NCBI RefSeq assembly: GCF_036321535.1 | Contig: NC_087436.1 | Coordinates: forward strand, 78,742,001-78,806,000 | DNA from: Camelus dromedarius | Lineage: Eukaryota | DNA: 64,000 bases | Reading direction: 5' to 3' | Shown: positions 9,431-22,197 of the stretch, piece after piece | How the letters are laid out: every line of letters begins with the position of its first letter | How positions within the stretch are numbered: the stretch's first letter is position 1 | Program-made: the position numbers and the translations under genes | Notes under the pieces: model-generated | Told to the model about the DNA's origin: nothing | Seen by the model: the letters and a program-made list of their open reading frames with translations, nothing else | Databases searched by the model: none

Positions 9431-12400
9431 TTATTATGTTCATATGTTTTCCAAGCTTCTCCTTCTTTCTCTGTATTTACCCAGTTTGCTTATGTAACTA
9501 TTTACCCTTATTTAATTCAATCTCGTAGTTAGACCATAGTTGTTCCTGTGTGTCTCCAGTGCTAGGCTGTGATTTCTTAGAGTGAAGGCAATGTTTTACT
9601 CATCCACACATCCACCCAGCTCCTTCTGGTCCAATGCACTCAGCATTTCAGATGCCCACTGATGTGAAAGAAAAGAAGAAAAAGAAGGAAGAGAGGGAGG
9701 GCAAAAGGAAGGTGATGTTGATTCTCATGACATGTAGTATGTTTGTACTCTAGCAATTAAATTTTATTTCATTATATCTGAAGCTTACGAAAATCCTAAT
9801 TTTTAGAAGATGTACTAAATTAGTACAGAAAGGTGAATTGACATGTATCAACCAGTGAGGAGCCAAAAATAAACCACAAACCAATCTGTCCACAACAATG
9901 ATTGAATTCCTACTGTGTGCTTAAATGATTTCAGGGTTCTGGCTCTTAATTCTATAGTCTATCCATGGTTTAATAGTGAAGAATTGCTGAGATACTGAAA
10001 CAGCCAATGTCTCACGTGTTATAAAAGTCAAGAAATAAGAGACTTATGAGTCCCATAATAGCAATAGTAGCCCTGCTTTGCTCTACAATATTATTTTGTT
10101 TTACTGCATATGGTCTGGACTCCAGGGCTTTATTTATGTGCAGTGGGGTGGAATTATAGCTGCCAAGAGGAAAAAGTTAATATTTTTTTAACTTATACTG
10201 CATATAAAACAAGTACAATTTTCCTGAATGCCTAACGGTAAGCTTAAAATAATTTTAATATTATCAAGTTAACATCTGAGTCATTCATGAGAAGATACTC
10301 ATTTTCAAAATGGCACTTAATAAAGCCGCAATGCAAAAATACAGGAGAAGCCAGTCAATGTTCAGGAAGAGGTAGGATTTATGAAAGGGAGGGGCGTTAA
10401 ATCTATGGGCAAATGTAAATAAACAGAATGGGCAGGGAGGGCATTTTCGTGTGGGGACCGTGAAAATGAAAGTAAGAAGACAAGACTAGGCCCAGGTGAC
10501 TGGGCAGTAAAAGTCTACATCAGAGAGAAACTGGAAGTAAAACGTGGCTAGATAAAATGGGTTCAGATCATACACGGCCTTGAATGGCAACGCCAGTAGC
10601 CTGGATTTGGTCCTATAATAATGTACTATCTCAGGAGGGTTCCTGGGTTGGGGAGACCTTGGGAGAGTAAAATTATGGGAAGATGAGGCAGGCAGCATGG
10701 CACACGAGGGACTCTAGTGGCCAAGACGCAAGAGGTTGAGAAACTAGCGTAGAAACTGATGCAGTGTTTGCACATCTGAAATCATTATTATTTAACATCA
10801 TCTTAAAAATCTGTACTGCCTGGAAATTGACCAGAATTACTTCCACAAAGCAAAGAGAGGAAAAAGACAGCAGGCAGCAGGTCCAGGCTGGGGCAGCCCA
10901 AGGTCAGGGCTTCTCCGAACTTACACTTTGCATCCAGGTGCTTATGGGTGTCACTAAAAGGGTCCAGCTGAAAGATACCCTAACTTGGGCTTTGGAAAAT
11001 GTGAAACGGAACTGAATTACCACTAATTAAGAAAAGGAAAAACCCAGTCCTGTAAGTATTTCCTAGTGTGTCCAACACTTAGCAAGGTAGCATCGAATCA
11101 ATACTACCTTTATGTGAACAGCACTTTGCAAAGCCCGTTCCCATGTTTCATCAATAGCTGGTATGTACACAGCACTTCCTGTGCGCAGGCACACCGACTA
11201 CAACCCTAGGAGCTAGGAACCGTCACCCACTTCCACAGATGCCCAGAAAACAGTTACTTGCCCACTGTCACGTGCTGGAGCCAGGACTGGGACCCAAGGA
11301 CTGTGCTGTTAACACTCCCCTCTACTGCTGCTCATCCTACCTGTGCCTTCCAAACAACCTATGAAGTAAGTAAAGTGAATCTGATTTAGTCCACAAATAT
11401 TTATAGAGTTCTTACCTGCCAGGCCACATCCATGTATTGAGTTTCCAATGATGCATGAGCCATAATCCCTACTCTGAAGAAGCTTACAGTCTAGTGAGCA
11501 AGACAGGCAAATAAATCCGCATTTTACTGACGAACAACAGAAACTCTAAAGCTTCTGTTAGAGTTTAAATAACTCATCCAAGCGCACAACCGGTATAGAG
11601 GGTGGTTAGTCTAGGATTTAAATGCTGACATTACATCTCTGAGTCTAGTGCTCATTCCAAGTAATGTTGTTACTTCCTCTTCTGGCTTACTGAGCAAAAA
11701 CAAAAGAGAACAAGACAAAAATATCATACCCAGGATTATCTAGTCTAGCCAAACTTCTACAAAAAGAGCCTGATCTTGGTAAGAAGGAACCATTAAATTA
11801 AGCTGTTGTGATTCTGATGCGAGCAGCACGGGCTACCCAATGCCAGTACACCACATGTTGGTCCAATAGCTGGAAAATGTATCATTTCAAACATCAAGTG
11901 TCCTGTCATCAATAATTTTTGCTAAAAATATTTCAGATAGTCTGGGTAAATCACTCACATTGGGCGACCTTTCTCAAGGAAAACCAAGATAAATCCTCAC
12001 GGCCTGAGAAGCAGACGATAGCCCCGAACGATTCAGTGCCACAGTAATTAAAACCATTTTTCATTTTTCCTTCTGCTCTTTTAATGCTCCCTAAAGGAGG
12101 CCTAGACTCCCTCTTTTAAAGGTAAGAGAATTGTCTCAAACTACCTAACTGTACCAGCCTGTGGAATTTGCTTTACCAAACTTGGCCTATAACAGCTTTC
12201 AGAGTGAGCTACTATTAAACACAATATGACTTTCAGAGCCTTTCTTAAGGAGCCAGGTGTCGCTGGCAACAGCAAGTGCAGCAAGAATTCATCAGCTGCC
12301 TTTACCCACCAGGATGCTTAAACACAGCACTCAAGCTATGCTGGCAGTAGATCTTTTTACCCCTTTTCTGTTTCTCAAAAGGGTCCTGATTGGGATCAAT

Positions 12401-13509
12401 CATACTTGTAATGTAAGCAACGAGTCACTATCATAGACTTGGAGGATGGTAATAAAGGCCTCCCATGGCCCTAAATAACTCCTGTCCCAGCCTATCCAAG
12501 CAGCCAAGGAAGAGAGGTTTGATCATAGGGAGCCACTAGGGTTATGAAGGAGGTTGACAGGTATTTACCAAACGTGTGTATGAGCCAGCACAACAGGAGA
12601 CCAGGCATGGCCACGTGACCAAGGACTAGGGCCAGAGTTCACTGGTATCATGAAGATAGAAATGTAGTGCTTTTCAATAATTTTAACATCGAATTTATTT
12701 TTGGTCAAATGTAACGTATATTTACATCTTTACCCGGTCCATGCAAGGGGCAGCAGGGTGTCGTGGAACGAAGGGCTTTGGGGCAAGTCTTCCACCGACA
12801 TTTTCAGCCTCATTCCTGAGCATCCAGAGATCCAGCCTGTCTGAACAGCCAGTGGCTCCCCAAGCCGCCCAGCTTAGTTGCCCAGGCTCTGTGCCAAGTG
12901 CTGCAAACACAGGGATGGACGCGCAGCCCCTGCCCCCAGGCAGCTCGTAGATAATCAGGAAACAAGTGCAGCACCAGATTGGTAAAGGGATTAGGGAGCC
13001 CTGAAGGGAGCAAGCTGACCCAGCACGGAGCGCAGTGGGAGGGCAAGCAAGAAGGAAATGGCTCTGGGCTGTGTCTTCAGGGTGCAGAGGCTTCCCCTAC
13101 AGCTGGGGAGAGGGGGTGGCACAGGTGAGGGCTCCAGGGCATCCAGCCTCTACGGGTGCAGGAACCAGGACTTTGTGGTGCTCAGAGCGTAACGGGTAAG
13201 GCAGAGAGTGGGGCATGACAAGCTGGAGAGAAGGGCAGGCGCCCGGTGGGTGGCGGGGATGACTAGACTGTAGCCCACAAGGCGCCACTGACTTCTGTCT
13301 CCTTCGGCATTTACGACGGGGAAGTGCGCTCGCTGCAGACACTTTAGAAGGCACACATGAGGAGAAAGAAGGTGAAAAGTATTCAAGATTCCACAATTTA
13401 GAGATAACCACTGTTAACATTTTAATGTACAATCTTCTATATGTATATATGTGTGTTTTTATACCATATGTATTTACATATACTAACAAATACATTTTTC
13501 TTCAAAAAT

Positions 13510-13865
13510 GAAATCATTTAAAACATGGTATATAAATACAATGGAATGTTATTAAGCCTTAAAAAGGAAGAAATTCTGACCTGCTACAACCTGGGTAAAC
13601 CATTAGGACACTGTGCTAAGTGAAATAAACCAATCAGAAAAGGACAAATGTTCTATGATTCCACTTATATGAGGTACCTAGAATTGTCAAATTCATAGAG
13701 ACATAAAGGAGATGGTGGTGGCCAAGGGCTGGGGGAGGCCGGGGGAAAAGGGAGCTACTGTTTAATGGGTACATTGTATACTCCAAAATAGTTAAGATGG
13801 TAAATTTTATGTTATGTATTTTCTTTTACAGCATTTAAAATAAAAAATATAAATAAAATAAGAAA
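13510..13865 (+). mobile_element. L1MB-like 3'UTR fragment
   Basis: acaatggaatgttattaagccttaaaaaggaagaaattctgac...tgattccacttatatgaggtacctaga. Confidence 0.85.
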
Positions 13866-14104
13866 AAGAAAATCACTTGATAAGCTACTTTAAAACTTCT
13901 TTCACTCATTTTTGTGATCATCTTTCCATGTGAGATATATACACTTCCATCAATATTTCAGACGACTGGACAGTATTCTATTATAGAGATCCATCATAAT
14001 TTAGCCCAGGAGAATTACTTTTTAGAATAGAAGAAATCTGTAAATGCCTGGCTGATGGGAAGGAGCCAGGAAAGATATAAGAGAGAGGAAGAAAGAGGAA
14101 TATA

Positions 14105-14280
14105 ATAAAGGTTCCCTGTATAGCACAGGGAACTGTATTCAATATCTTGCCATAAACTATAATGAAAAAGGATATCAAAATGAATATATGTATATGTATG
14201 TATGACTGAAACATTAAGCTGTACACCAGAAATTGACACAACATTGTACACTGACTATACTTCAATTAAAAAAAAAAGAA
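14105..14280 (+). mobile_element. 5'-truncated young L1 3' end
   Basis: ctgtatagcacagggaact...gactgaaacatta-gctgtacaccagaaattgacacaacattgt...ttcaattaaaaaaaaaa. Confidence 0.9.
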
Positions 14281-15954
14281 GAAGAAGAAGGTCCAAGGAT
14301 TTTGAGGCCAGATTCATGGTCAGATCATCTAGGATGGGTTATGACAAGAGTCAGGAAAGGGAGGTTTGGAAAGACCAGGTCTTTAGTTCTTCAAGAAATA
14401 GATGGAAGTGATTGGGAGCTGGATGGAGAGTAGTGATGAGAAAGGGTGAAAGGTGGTTTACCACGTTTAGCCTCACAAGCCTTTTCATGCAATGACCCAT
14501 GGAGGAAGGTGACAGAGCAATAAGCGGGAAGGTCGAGAACTTTATTAACCATGGATCCCCTGGGGTGAAGAGGAAAAGAGTGGAGGGAATCAACAGAGAA
14601 CTGGAAGCGAAAATGCTAAGAGAGGGTGAACATACAAGACATGATGCATGGGGCTGGGGAGGGGAGCATGAGAGGTTGTGCGGGCATAAGTTATGGTGCT
14701 ACAGGAGGCAGGAGGACATGGGGTGATGGACATCGGTGGACAGCCAGGCTTGAACAAAGGAAAATAACTGCAGAACCCAAGTCCAGTCTCAGAAAATAGT
14801 AAGAACTGCCACTAAGTTTGCAGAGAGATGCAGTGAGACTTCTGGTTCTCAGAGCACGTTCTCCAGAACCTTCAAATTCCTTACCGTGACTTATTTTTCT
14901 CCATAGCACATTAGCCTTGCACTATACTATTTCCTTGTTTAATTTTGCTCAGTCTTCCCCACTAGAATACAGAGTCCCCTAAGGACAAGAGTGCTGTCTG
15001 TTTTGTTCACTGCTGTATCACCAGCACCTAGATCATGTCTACACGTAGTAGTGCCTCAATAAATCACACTTGTTGAATAAATGCATGAATGAGTAAATGA
15101 ATAAATGATAAATGCCAGTTAGGATAAGGATACTCCATGAGGTTTGTTACAACAGCAGTGAGGGTCTCCCCCAGGAGGGAGCTATCTTATGGTGTTTAAT
15201 CCTAGAGGGACAGAAAATGTTGGCCTCCTTCCAGGCAGTATCCTTTTTTTTTTTTTTTTTTTTTCATTTTCCTTTCTTCACGTGACTATTCCTTCTGATC
15301 CTATAAGACTCAGGTTGGATGTCACCACCTCTAGGAAGACCCTCTGATGCCTCCTCTTGGGTGTTCTCAAAGCACCCTATGATTCTTCTATTATTATGCT
15401 TACCCTATTGTTTGATAACTGTTTACGTGTTGGTCTCCCCCTCTAGACTGAGCAAGAACAGCATATCTCAAACACACACTAGGAACCATATGTGTGCTGA
15501 AAACATAAATGGGAAGCACTGGATGTACGAGTTGGTCAATAAGAGCCAGTACTTTCTGGGATACTATGGTAGAGCATCATCAAAGTACTTGGGATGCTGC
15601 CCAGCTGAGAATATGACAGCATACCCATTGAGCTTTGCAAAAATGTCTGATTTATTTGGTCTGAGGTGCAGCCCAGACTGTTACCGATTTTCAGATGACT
15701 CTATTGCATAGCCAGGGTTAAGAACCTCTGTCTGCTGGCATCATGCCATTTTTTTCTGGCTTGTGGCACTGTCCAAGGTAGCAGCTCATCAAGCACCTCT
15801 TCACCCCAAGGTCTGCCCAAGTCAGCTGTGCACAAGGGTCAATGGCTCTTTGAACAACCCAGTGGGAGGGTGCTGCACCTTAGGACTGTAACACAAGCCA
15901 AACCATGCAGTTAGCTGTGCTGAGGAAAACCACAGCTGGCCGTTCAAACAAAAA

Positions 15955-16138
15955 CTGCGCTGTCCAATAGCCACACGTGGCTATTTAAATTTAAATTAAT
16001 TCAAATTTAAATTGTTTTAATTAAAAGCTCAGTTCCTCAGTTGCACAGTCAAGTGTTCAAGAGCTATTGGCTGCTGTACTGGAAGGTTCAGAAATAGAAC
16101 ATTTCCACCACCAAAGAAGGTTCTATTGGACGGGGCTG
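15955..16138. mobile_element. hAT-Charlie MITE (MER3-like)
   Basis: TIRs ctgcgctgtccaatag ... ctattggacggggctg; internal palindrome atagccacacgtggctat. Confidence 0.85.
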
Positions 16139-16374
16139 ATATAAAAAAACTCTTTCTTCAGAAAATAACCTGGTGGTTGCATTCATTTTCTGCTAATCAT
16201 GGGCAAAAATGAGCCACATGGTATGCAGAGGGTGAACACAGTGAATCTGGTCACTTCTCAGATGAGTGATGGTGGTCCTTTACATCTCTTTTCAGAAATA
16301 AAAGTAAAGAAAGGAATTCTATGCTCTCATGAACAGGAGTTTTTCTGAACACTTGCATATATGTATTAGGGCAG

Positions 16375-16625
16375 CAGTGGCTTTCCAACTTTTTTGACTG
16401 TGACTGACAGTAAAAAATAAATTTTTTATATCACAGCCTTGTATACAGATATATATGCATATGACAGAAATCTAAAGTTTTACAAATCAATATTTATCCT
16501 TACTACATATTTTACACTTGGATATTTTATTATTCTATTATATTCTATTTTCCATATCATTAAAAAAATAAGCCTCCTTAACTGTTCTCATAACCCTGGT
16601 GGGCTACAGTTGGAAAAATCATTAC
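16375..16625. mobile_element. hAT-Charlie DNA transposon remnant (Charlie4-like)
   Basis: cagtggctttccaacttttttgactgtgac...cagttggaaaaatcatt termini. Confidence 0.65.
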
Positions 16626-16804
16626 CTTAAGACATAAGCTTTCAACACAAAACTAGGACCCAATTACACACTGCAGAGTTAATAGTTAGCTAGATAGTAA
16701 TTAATAGCTAACATTTATTGGGCATTTAGTATATGCCAGGTGCTGTGTTAAATGTTTCATATTTATTACCTTATTCAATTCTTATAATAACTCCATAGAA
16801 CAGT

Positions 16805-17252
16805 TGTCCAAGAACTGTAAAAGGGCTGAGATTTTATTTGCACAAGTTAGCCTACCACAGTTTCACGAATGCTGGCAGAAGACACAAGACTCCTGGGTCA
16901 GAAACAAAGGACTTTATTACTCATGGCAACAGCAGGGGCCAGAGTATCAGCATTTGCTTGCACCAGTTCCCCAGCTCCAATTCCTTCACGCATCAAAAGA
17001 GGGCTATGTGACACCTGTCTATGCAGCGAGTAGCATTACTGGAGAGGAACTCTGAGCTGAGAGAACTCAAATCTATTACTCTGGATATAAGCATGCCTGC
17101 CCTTGGCTTCTGAGGGCAACTCTATCTCTATCATCCAAGACTGTTTACACAAACATCCTTGAAAAGGCAGTCTAGAATGAAAGGGCAGTCAGTGCCTCTC
17201 CTTGTAAGACCTGCTGAAATGCATGGGATGCATGGAGAACTGTCTCCCAACA
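16805..17252 (-). mobile_element. ERV1 solo LTR (MER31-like) nested in a MIR
   Basis: TG...CA ends and tttatt (minus-strand AATAAA) near 16913. The flanks 16700-16800 and 17255-17370 join into one MIR. Confidence 0.75.
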
Positions 17253-17521
17253 GCAGGCACCATACTGACCCTTATTTTGTACACAAGAAAACACAGGCTT
17301 AAAAAGGATTAAATAACTCATTTAAGATTACACATCTAGTGACTCACCTAAGCCTATGCTGATTTCAGAGCCAATGGACAGTGAAACAGGAAGAGTCACT
17401 CATTTGGTCATTCAGGTGGGAAATTTGTCCCTACAGAAAGCAGTTAGCTGTATATAATTTGTAGCAGGCCACTTTCCCGCACATTTTATTCAAGAATCCC
17501 ATAGGAAGAGTATTAAATGCA

Positions 17522-17721
17522 CAGGGGTCAACAACCTTTTCCTTATTATACAGGACCAAATAGCAGAGATTTTCAGCTTTCTGGGCCAGATGGAGTCTGT
17601 TTCAATTGCTACTCAGCTCTGTGTGGGAGTGCAGAAGCAGTCACAGGTAGGTAATATGTAACCAATGAGCACGGCTGTGCTCCAATAAAACTTTACTTTC
17701 AAAATAGTTTGCTAACCCCTG
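17522..17721. mobile_element. hAT-Charlie MITE (MER58A-like)
   Basis: TIRs caggggtcaacaa ... ttgctaacccctg; internal ggctgtgctccaataaaacttta. Confidence 0.85.
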
Positions 17722-20700
17722 TTATTAAATAACCCAGTGGGATACCAAAATTGCATAATAATAACTTCTACACACAAAACCCCAATGATTTAATTGGAAA
17801 GACAAGGTAAGCAGGCAACAAGCAAGCAAAGCAGGAACTATATGAAACTGAAGTGAGCCTAGGTTCAACATCAGAGTCCTGTTAAGTCAGCCTGGATAAA
17901 CAGTGTGCCAAGAAGTAATGTAAAATATTCATAGACTCAAAGTAGAATGGAGTGTACACATCATCTCTCTGTGATGACTGCAGTCATGCCAAGACTCTAA
18001 GAAGTAAATTATGTGACTTCCAAAGGCTTTATCTAGCTCTTAGATTCTCAGTAGGGGAGCAATTATCATCCAGAACAATCCTCTTTAATTTTCCATGTAA
18101 TGACATGAGTTAAAACCTATGTTATGAATAAGCAGGAAGTAACAGTGGAAAAAAAATTACTCTGGGCCAGGGACCATACTAGGGATTTCACAAATATTGT
18201 CCAATAGTTAATAAAGAACACCATTTCTGAACTGCCAAATTTATGGCTCTGTAAGTGAACATTCACTTGGTTCCGTGGCCTGGTCTCTAAAAAAACACGA
18301 TGCACCACTATTGGATCACAACGGTATCTTTCCCCAAATCAGTTGCTGGAAAATTCTTGCCCTTATTTTCACATGCATACATATATAATCAAAACTTTGT
18401 TCTTTTTCTAATTCTTTTAGGTGGTAGATTAGGTTGTTTATTTGTGATTTTCCTTATTTATACCATCACAATTTTGGTATACAATGGCAACCCACTCCTT
18501 TTCATATAATCAATTTTTATGCCACATATAAACTCAAATTGAAATGGAAAAACACCAATCAAAATGTCATAGAATAGATAATCAGCTTTCTCAAGAACCA
18601 TTCTATTAGCTGCTAAAATTACAGGGAGATAAATATGGTTCTTGTAAACACTGCACTGTCATTGACAAGACTGGAAAATTTTTTCAAAATGACATACTTT
18701 TGAAGTCCAGGCTATGTGGGAACATAATACCACAAGGAAGAAAAACTGTCACACATAGTACTCCTGCTACTGCATGCAGTTATATCTCAGTTACTAGTGT
18801 TTCTATGTAAATACCCTTTAAGTTTTAGTGAAAAGTAGAACTTATAAATTCCAGGAGACGTATTTCCCTTGAAATTCCAGGACAATTACATTACAGAATT
18901 CTAATTCTAATTCACAAACACTCCAAGTTCAGTAAAAAACTATTATTTCTATTTGGATTGCTTTACAATGGTATCAACAATTCTTAACTAATACTTAACC
19001 TTTTCACTCATGAATCAATAGTATAAAAATAATCTGAAAGACTATTTTATTAACCGGACTAGTGTTGAAAAATACAATAATAATTTTAACTATGTATAGT
19101 CAGTTTTAGTTTATGCTTAAAAATTTCCAATTATTACCATTTTAAATATTTCTTTGGCAGCTAAGTCTTCATAAGCGTTAAAAAAAAAAAACAGAAAGAC
19201 ATCTACCTTGTTAATAAATGAAATGTTTGATGAATAGTAAGGCTATTCTATTTTTGGAGACATTTATGTTTATATTCAGTTGAAAACCATTAAATTCATT
19301 ATAATTACTTTGGAGTTAAATAACACCATTTAAACTACAGGCTAATTTCCACTACTGCCATCATCAATCACAATTACTTCTTAAGCTTTTGTCTCACTTG
19401 TCTAAAAGTATTACATGACTTTCACCGTTTTGTCAATGACACTTCATCTCACTCCTTTACATTCCACAGATAGTCTGCATCAGTGTCCTCAGAGATGGAC
19501 GATTCCGCAGCCTCGAACAAAATCTGAATACCTTAAAGACTTTTAGTATGTTAGACACAGCCTCTATACTTTTTAGAAAAGAAAAGTAACCATGATGACA
19601 AACTTGCGTTATCTATTCTACCTGACAAAGTCTATAGACAAGTGATTGCTTACATTTAGTTTGACCTTTAAGGAAAACTGAAATCTACTTCCAAAATGAA
19701 ATTAGTTTTACTTTCTAGATTGCAATAGGGGAGAAAAAAAGATTCCCAGTCTCAATTTTAAGACGTCTCCTTTTATATGAAATTCTTAAAACAACATTGC
19801 TTTCCATTTATTATATTATGAAACACTATTAAGGACAGAAAGTGATTTAAAAAAACAAATAATTTAGAATGTAGTAAAAAGTGAGAGTTTAATGGGATGG
19901 ACATATCTCTTTAGACCTGTTGTGACTATTTGCTACAAACCAGTATGCAGAAGTTAGGAACTGGTCAGGATGGAAGAAAGACTGAGCTGCTAGTCTCTGG
20001 CACATCTGGGTTTCTTTGGGCATCAGGCTGCCTGTCCAAGGATATTAACCTTCAGAGGCCACAGGCTGGCAGCAGTGAGGTCTCTTCCGGCCTACATGTG
20101 CAACGCCTGCCCTCTCACTCATCAGGCCCTGTCTTACAGAACACAACTGTCATCAGCTCACTTCCACACTCGTGCAGTGCGGCACCATGTTTGAGTCTCA
20201 CAGGTCTGCAGGTGTGCATCCGCGTGTCACTACTGCATCACAACATGGGAGCTGAGGTGGCTGAACCTGTGGGCTCTGTCTCCGACTGCCCAGGTTCAGC
20301 GTTCAGCATGGAGCCCTGTCCTAGATCAATCTTTTCCAAAGTGAGTCTCAAGCCTAGTTTCAGGGGCAGTATTTTAACATCATGATTCAGTATACACACA
20401 AACATTTATATAATAATAAAATGAATAGTGACCACATTTATAAAGTGCTTGCCATACACAGACAGGGTGGGGTAGAGTCAGAATTGGAACCCAGGGGTCC
20501 TGTTTCTACAGTGCTTTTGACCACCTTTCTCTGTTGCCTCGTGGCCTTGCACCTGCACACACGGGGGAACCAAAAGTTTCATCAAACACTATAACCCTCA
20601 CTAAGAGGAGTGCACAGTCATAATTCCTATTCTTTTATATATGCCATTTCATTTAAAAAATGTTGATCCTAATCTGTTAAATTGATTTCATGACTCAGGA

Positions 20701-21170
20701 CATGTGGTCTGAAAAATACTATAAGTGTTGTATGAAAAATTCTTTGGAAAACAACAATAAAAAAGTTAAATTGGTATATGTATCTCATCTTAGAGACTTT
20801 ACCATGCTATTGTGCATTATAAATAAAATTTTTTAAAGGGGTTATATGGAACATATCCGAAATTTACTCAAGCATCTCTGTGCCCTCATGGGATGGACAC
20901 TAATTTGGGAAATGTTGTCCTATATACATCTTAAGGGCAGAGAAAATTTGGGGGTTGCTTTAACTTATATTTTAGTATGCACAAACACCTTCAACAAATT
21001 TCTAAATAATTGATTAAGAGAGAGTCCCTCCTGGAGAAGGGGAACCCTCAGGACTCTGAGCTCTGGCCTGGGGAGAGGTATCCTAGGCTGGATGAAGGAG
21101 GGTCACTCACACAAGAAATATGAGTAGCAGTGTCTTGAGAAAAAGTCTAATTAAAAATATATCCCTCACT

Positions 21171-21340
21171 GGAGGGAGGGTATAGCACAGTGGTAGAGTG
21201 CATGCCTAGTACGCATGGGCTCCTGGGTTCAGTCCCCAGTACTTCCATTAAAAATAAATAAATGAATAAATAAACCTAATTATCACCTCCCAACAAAAAA
21301 TAAATAAAAAGATTTTTTAAAATAAAGTAAAAAAAAAAAG
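21171..21340 (+). mobile_element. Camelid tRNA-derived SINE (Vic-1 type)
   Basis: ggagggtatagcacagtggtagagtgcatgcctag...ctgggttcagtccccagtac with A/B boxes and an A-rich tail. Confidence 0.85.
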
Positions 21341-22005
21341 TCCCTCTCAAGAGCCAAAATAAAATGCAAAATAAAATCCCATTTTAACAGTTTTACTAAA
21401 ATTAATGGTAGGTTATTTTTCAACTGGACTTTTTCATCCACAGGGGCTGGGCTAGGTGGGAGGATCTGGGTTAAAGGCCAAGAGAAAGACACCAGACAAG
21501 GAGGGCCCAAGGGAGACAGAGGCTTCAGCCACTTCTTGAGGCCGGGCACTAACTCCTCACACTTCTCAGAGGGTCTCTGTGATTACAGGAGGGGAGCGGG
21601 GCTGGTTGTAAATCATCTTCAGTTTTCTGCCTCTCTAAATTCCCCTCCCCTTGAAAAGGGCAGAAACTAACTCTAAGGATAAATGATTCTATAATGTGCA
21701 AAAGAGCTAATTAAAAAACAAGTTTAAGAACACAGACACATGGGGCCAACTCTGGGTGATGCTTATTTGTGTGGCTAGCAGACATGTGGGAATTGAAAAG
21801 GGAAGCTTGATTTTTAGAATACAGCTGAACTTCAACATTCAACACCTTCTTCGGAGTAATTGCAAGTATTTTTTCATAACAACAGGATTACAGAGTCAAA
21901 TCTTAACTCCTGGTTCTATCCATGCCAATCTCCACTTTCTTCCAATTAAGGATAATTGTCATTAAGCGTTACCTCTGCAGGAAATGGGTGGAGAAAATTT
22001 AAGGC

Positions 22006-22197
22006 TGCACTGTCCAGTATGATAGCCCCATATGGCTATTTAAATTAATTAAAATTAAATAAAATTTAAAATTCAGTTCTTCAATTATACTAGACATATT
22101 TCAAAGGTTCAACAGCCACATGGGGCTCATGGCTACCGTGCTGGGCAGATTACAGAACATTTCCATCATAGCGGGAAGTTTTATTGGACAGCACTGA
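22006..22197. mobile_element. hAT-Charlie MITE (MER3-like)
   Basis: ctgcactgtccagta ... tattggacagcactg; similar to the copy at 15955. Confidence 0.85.

Noticed and set aside
19400..19520. A miR-1 family gene
   Set aside because: No complementary arm forming a pre-miRNA hairpin, and the 3' end diverges from miR-1/206.
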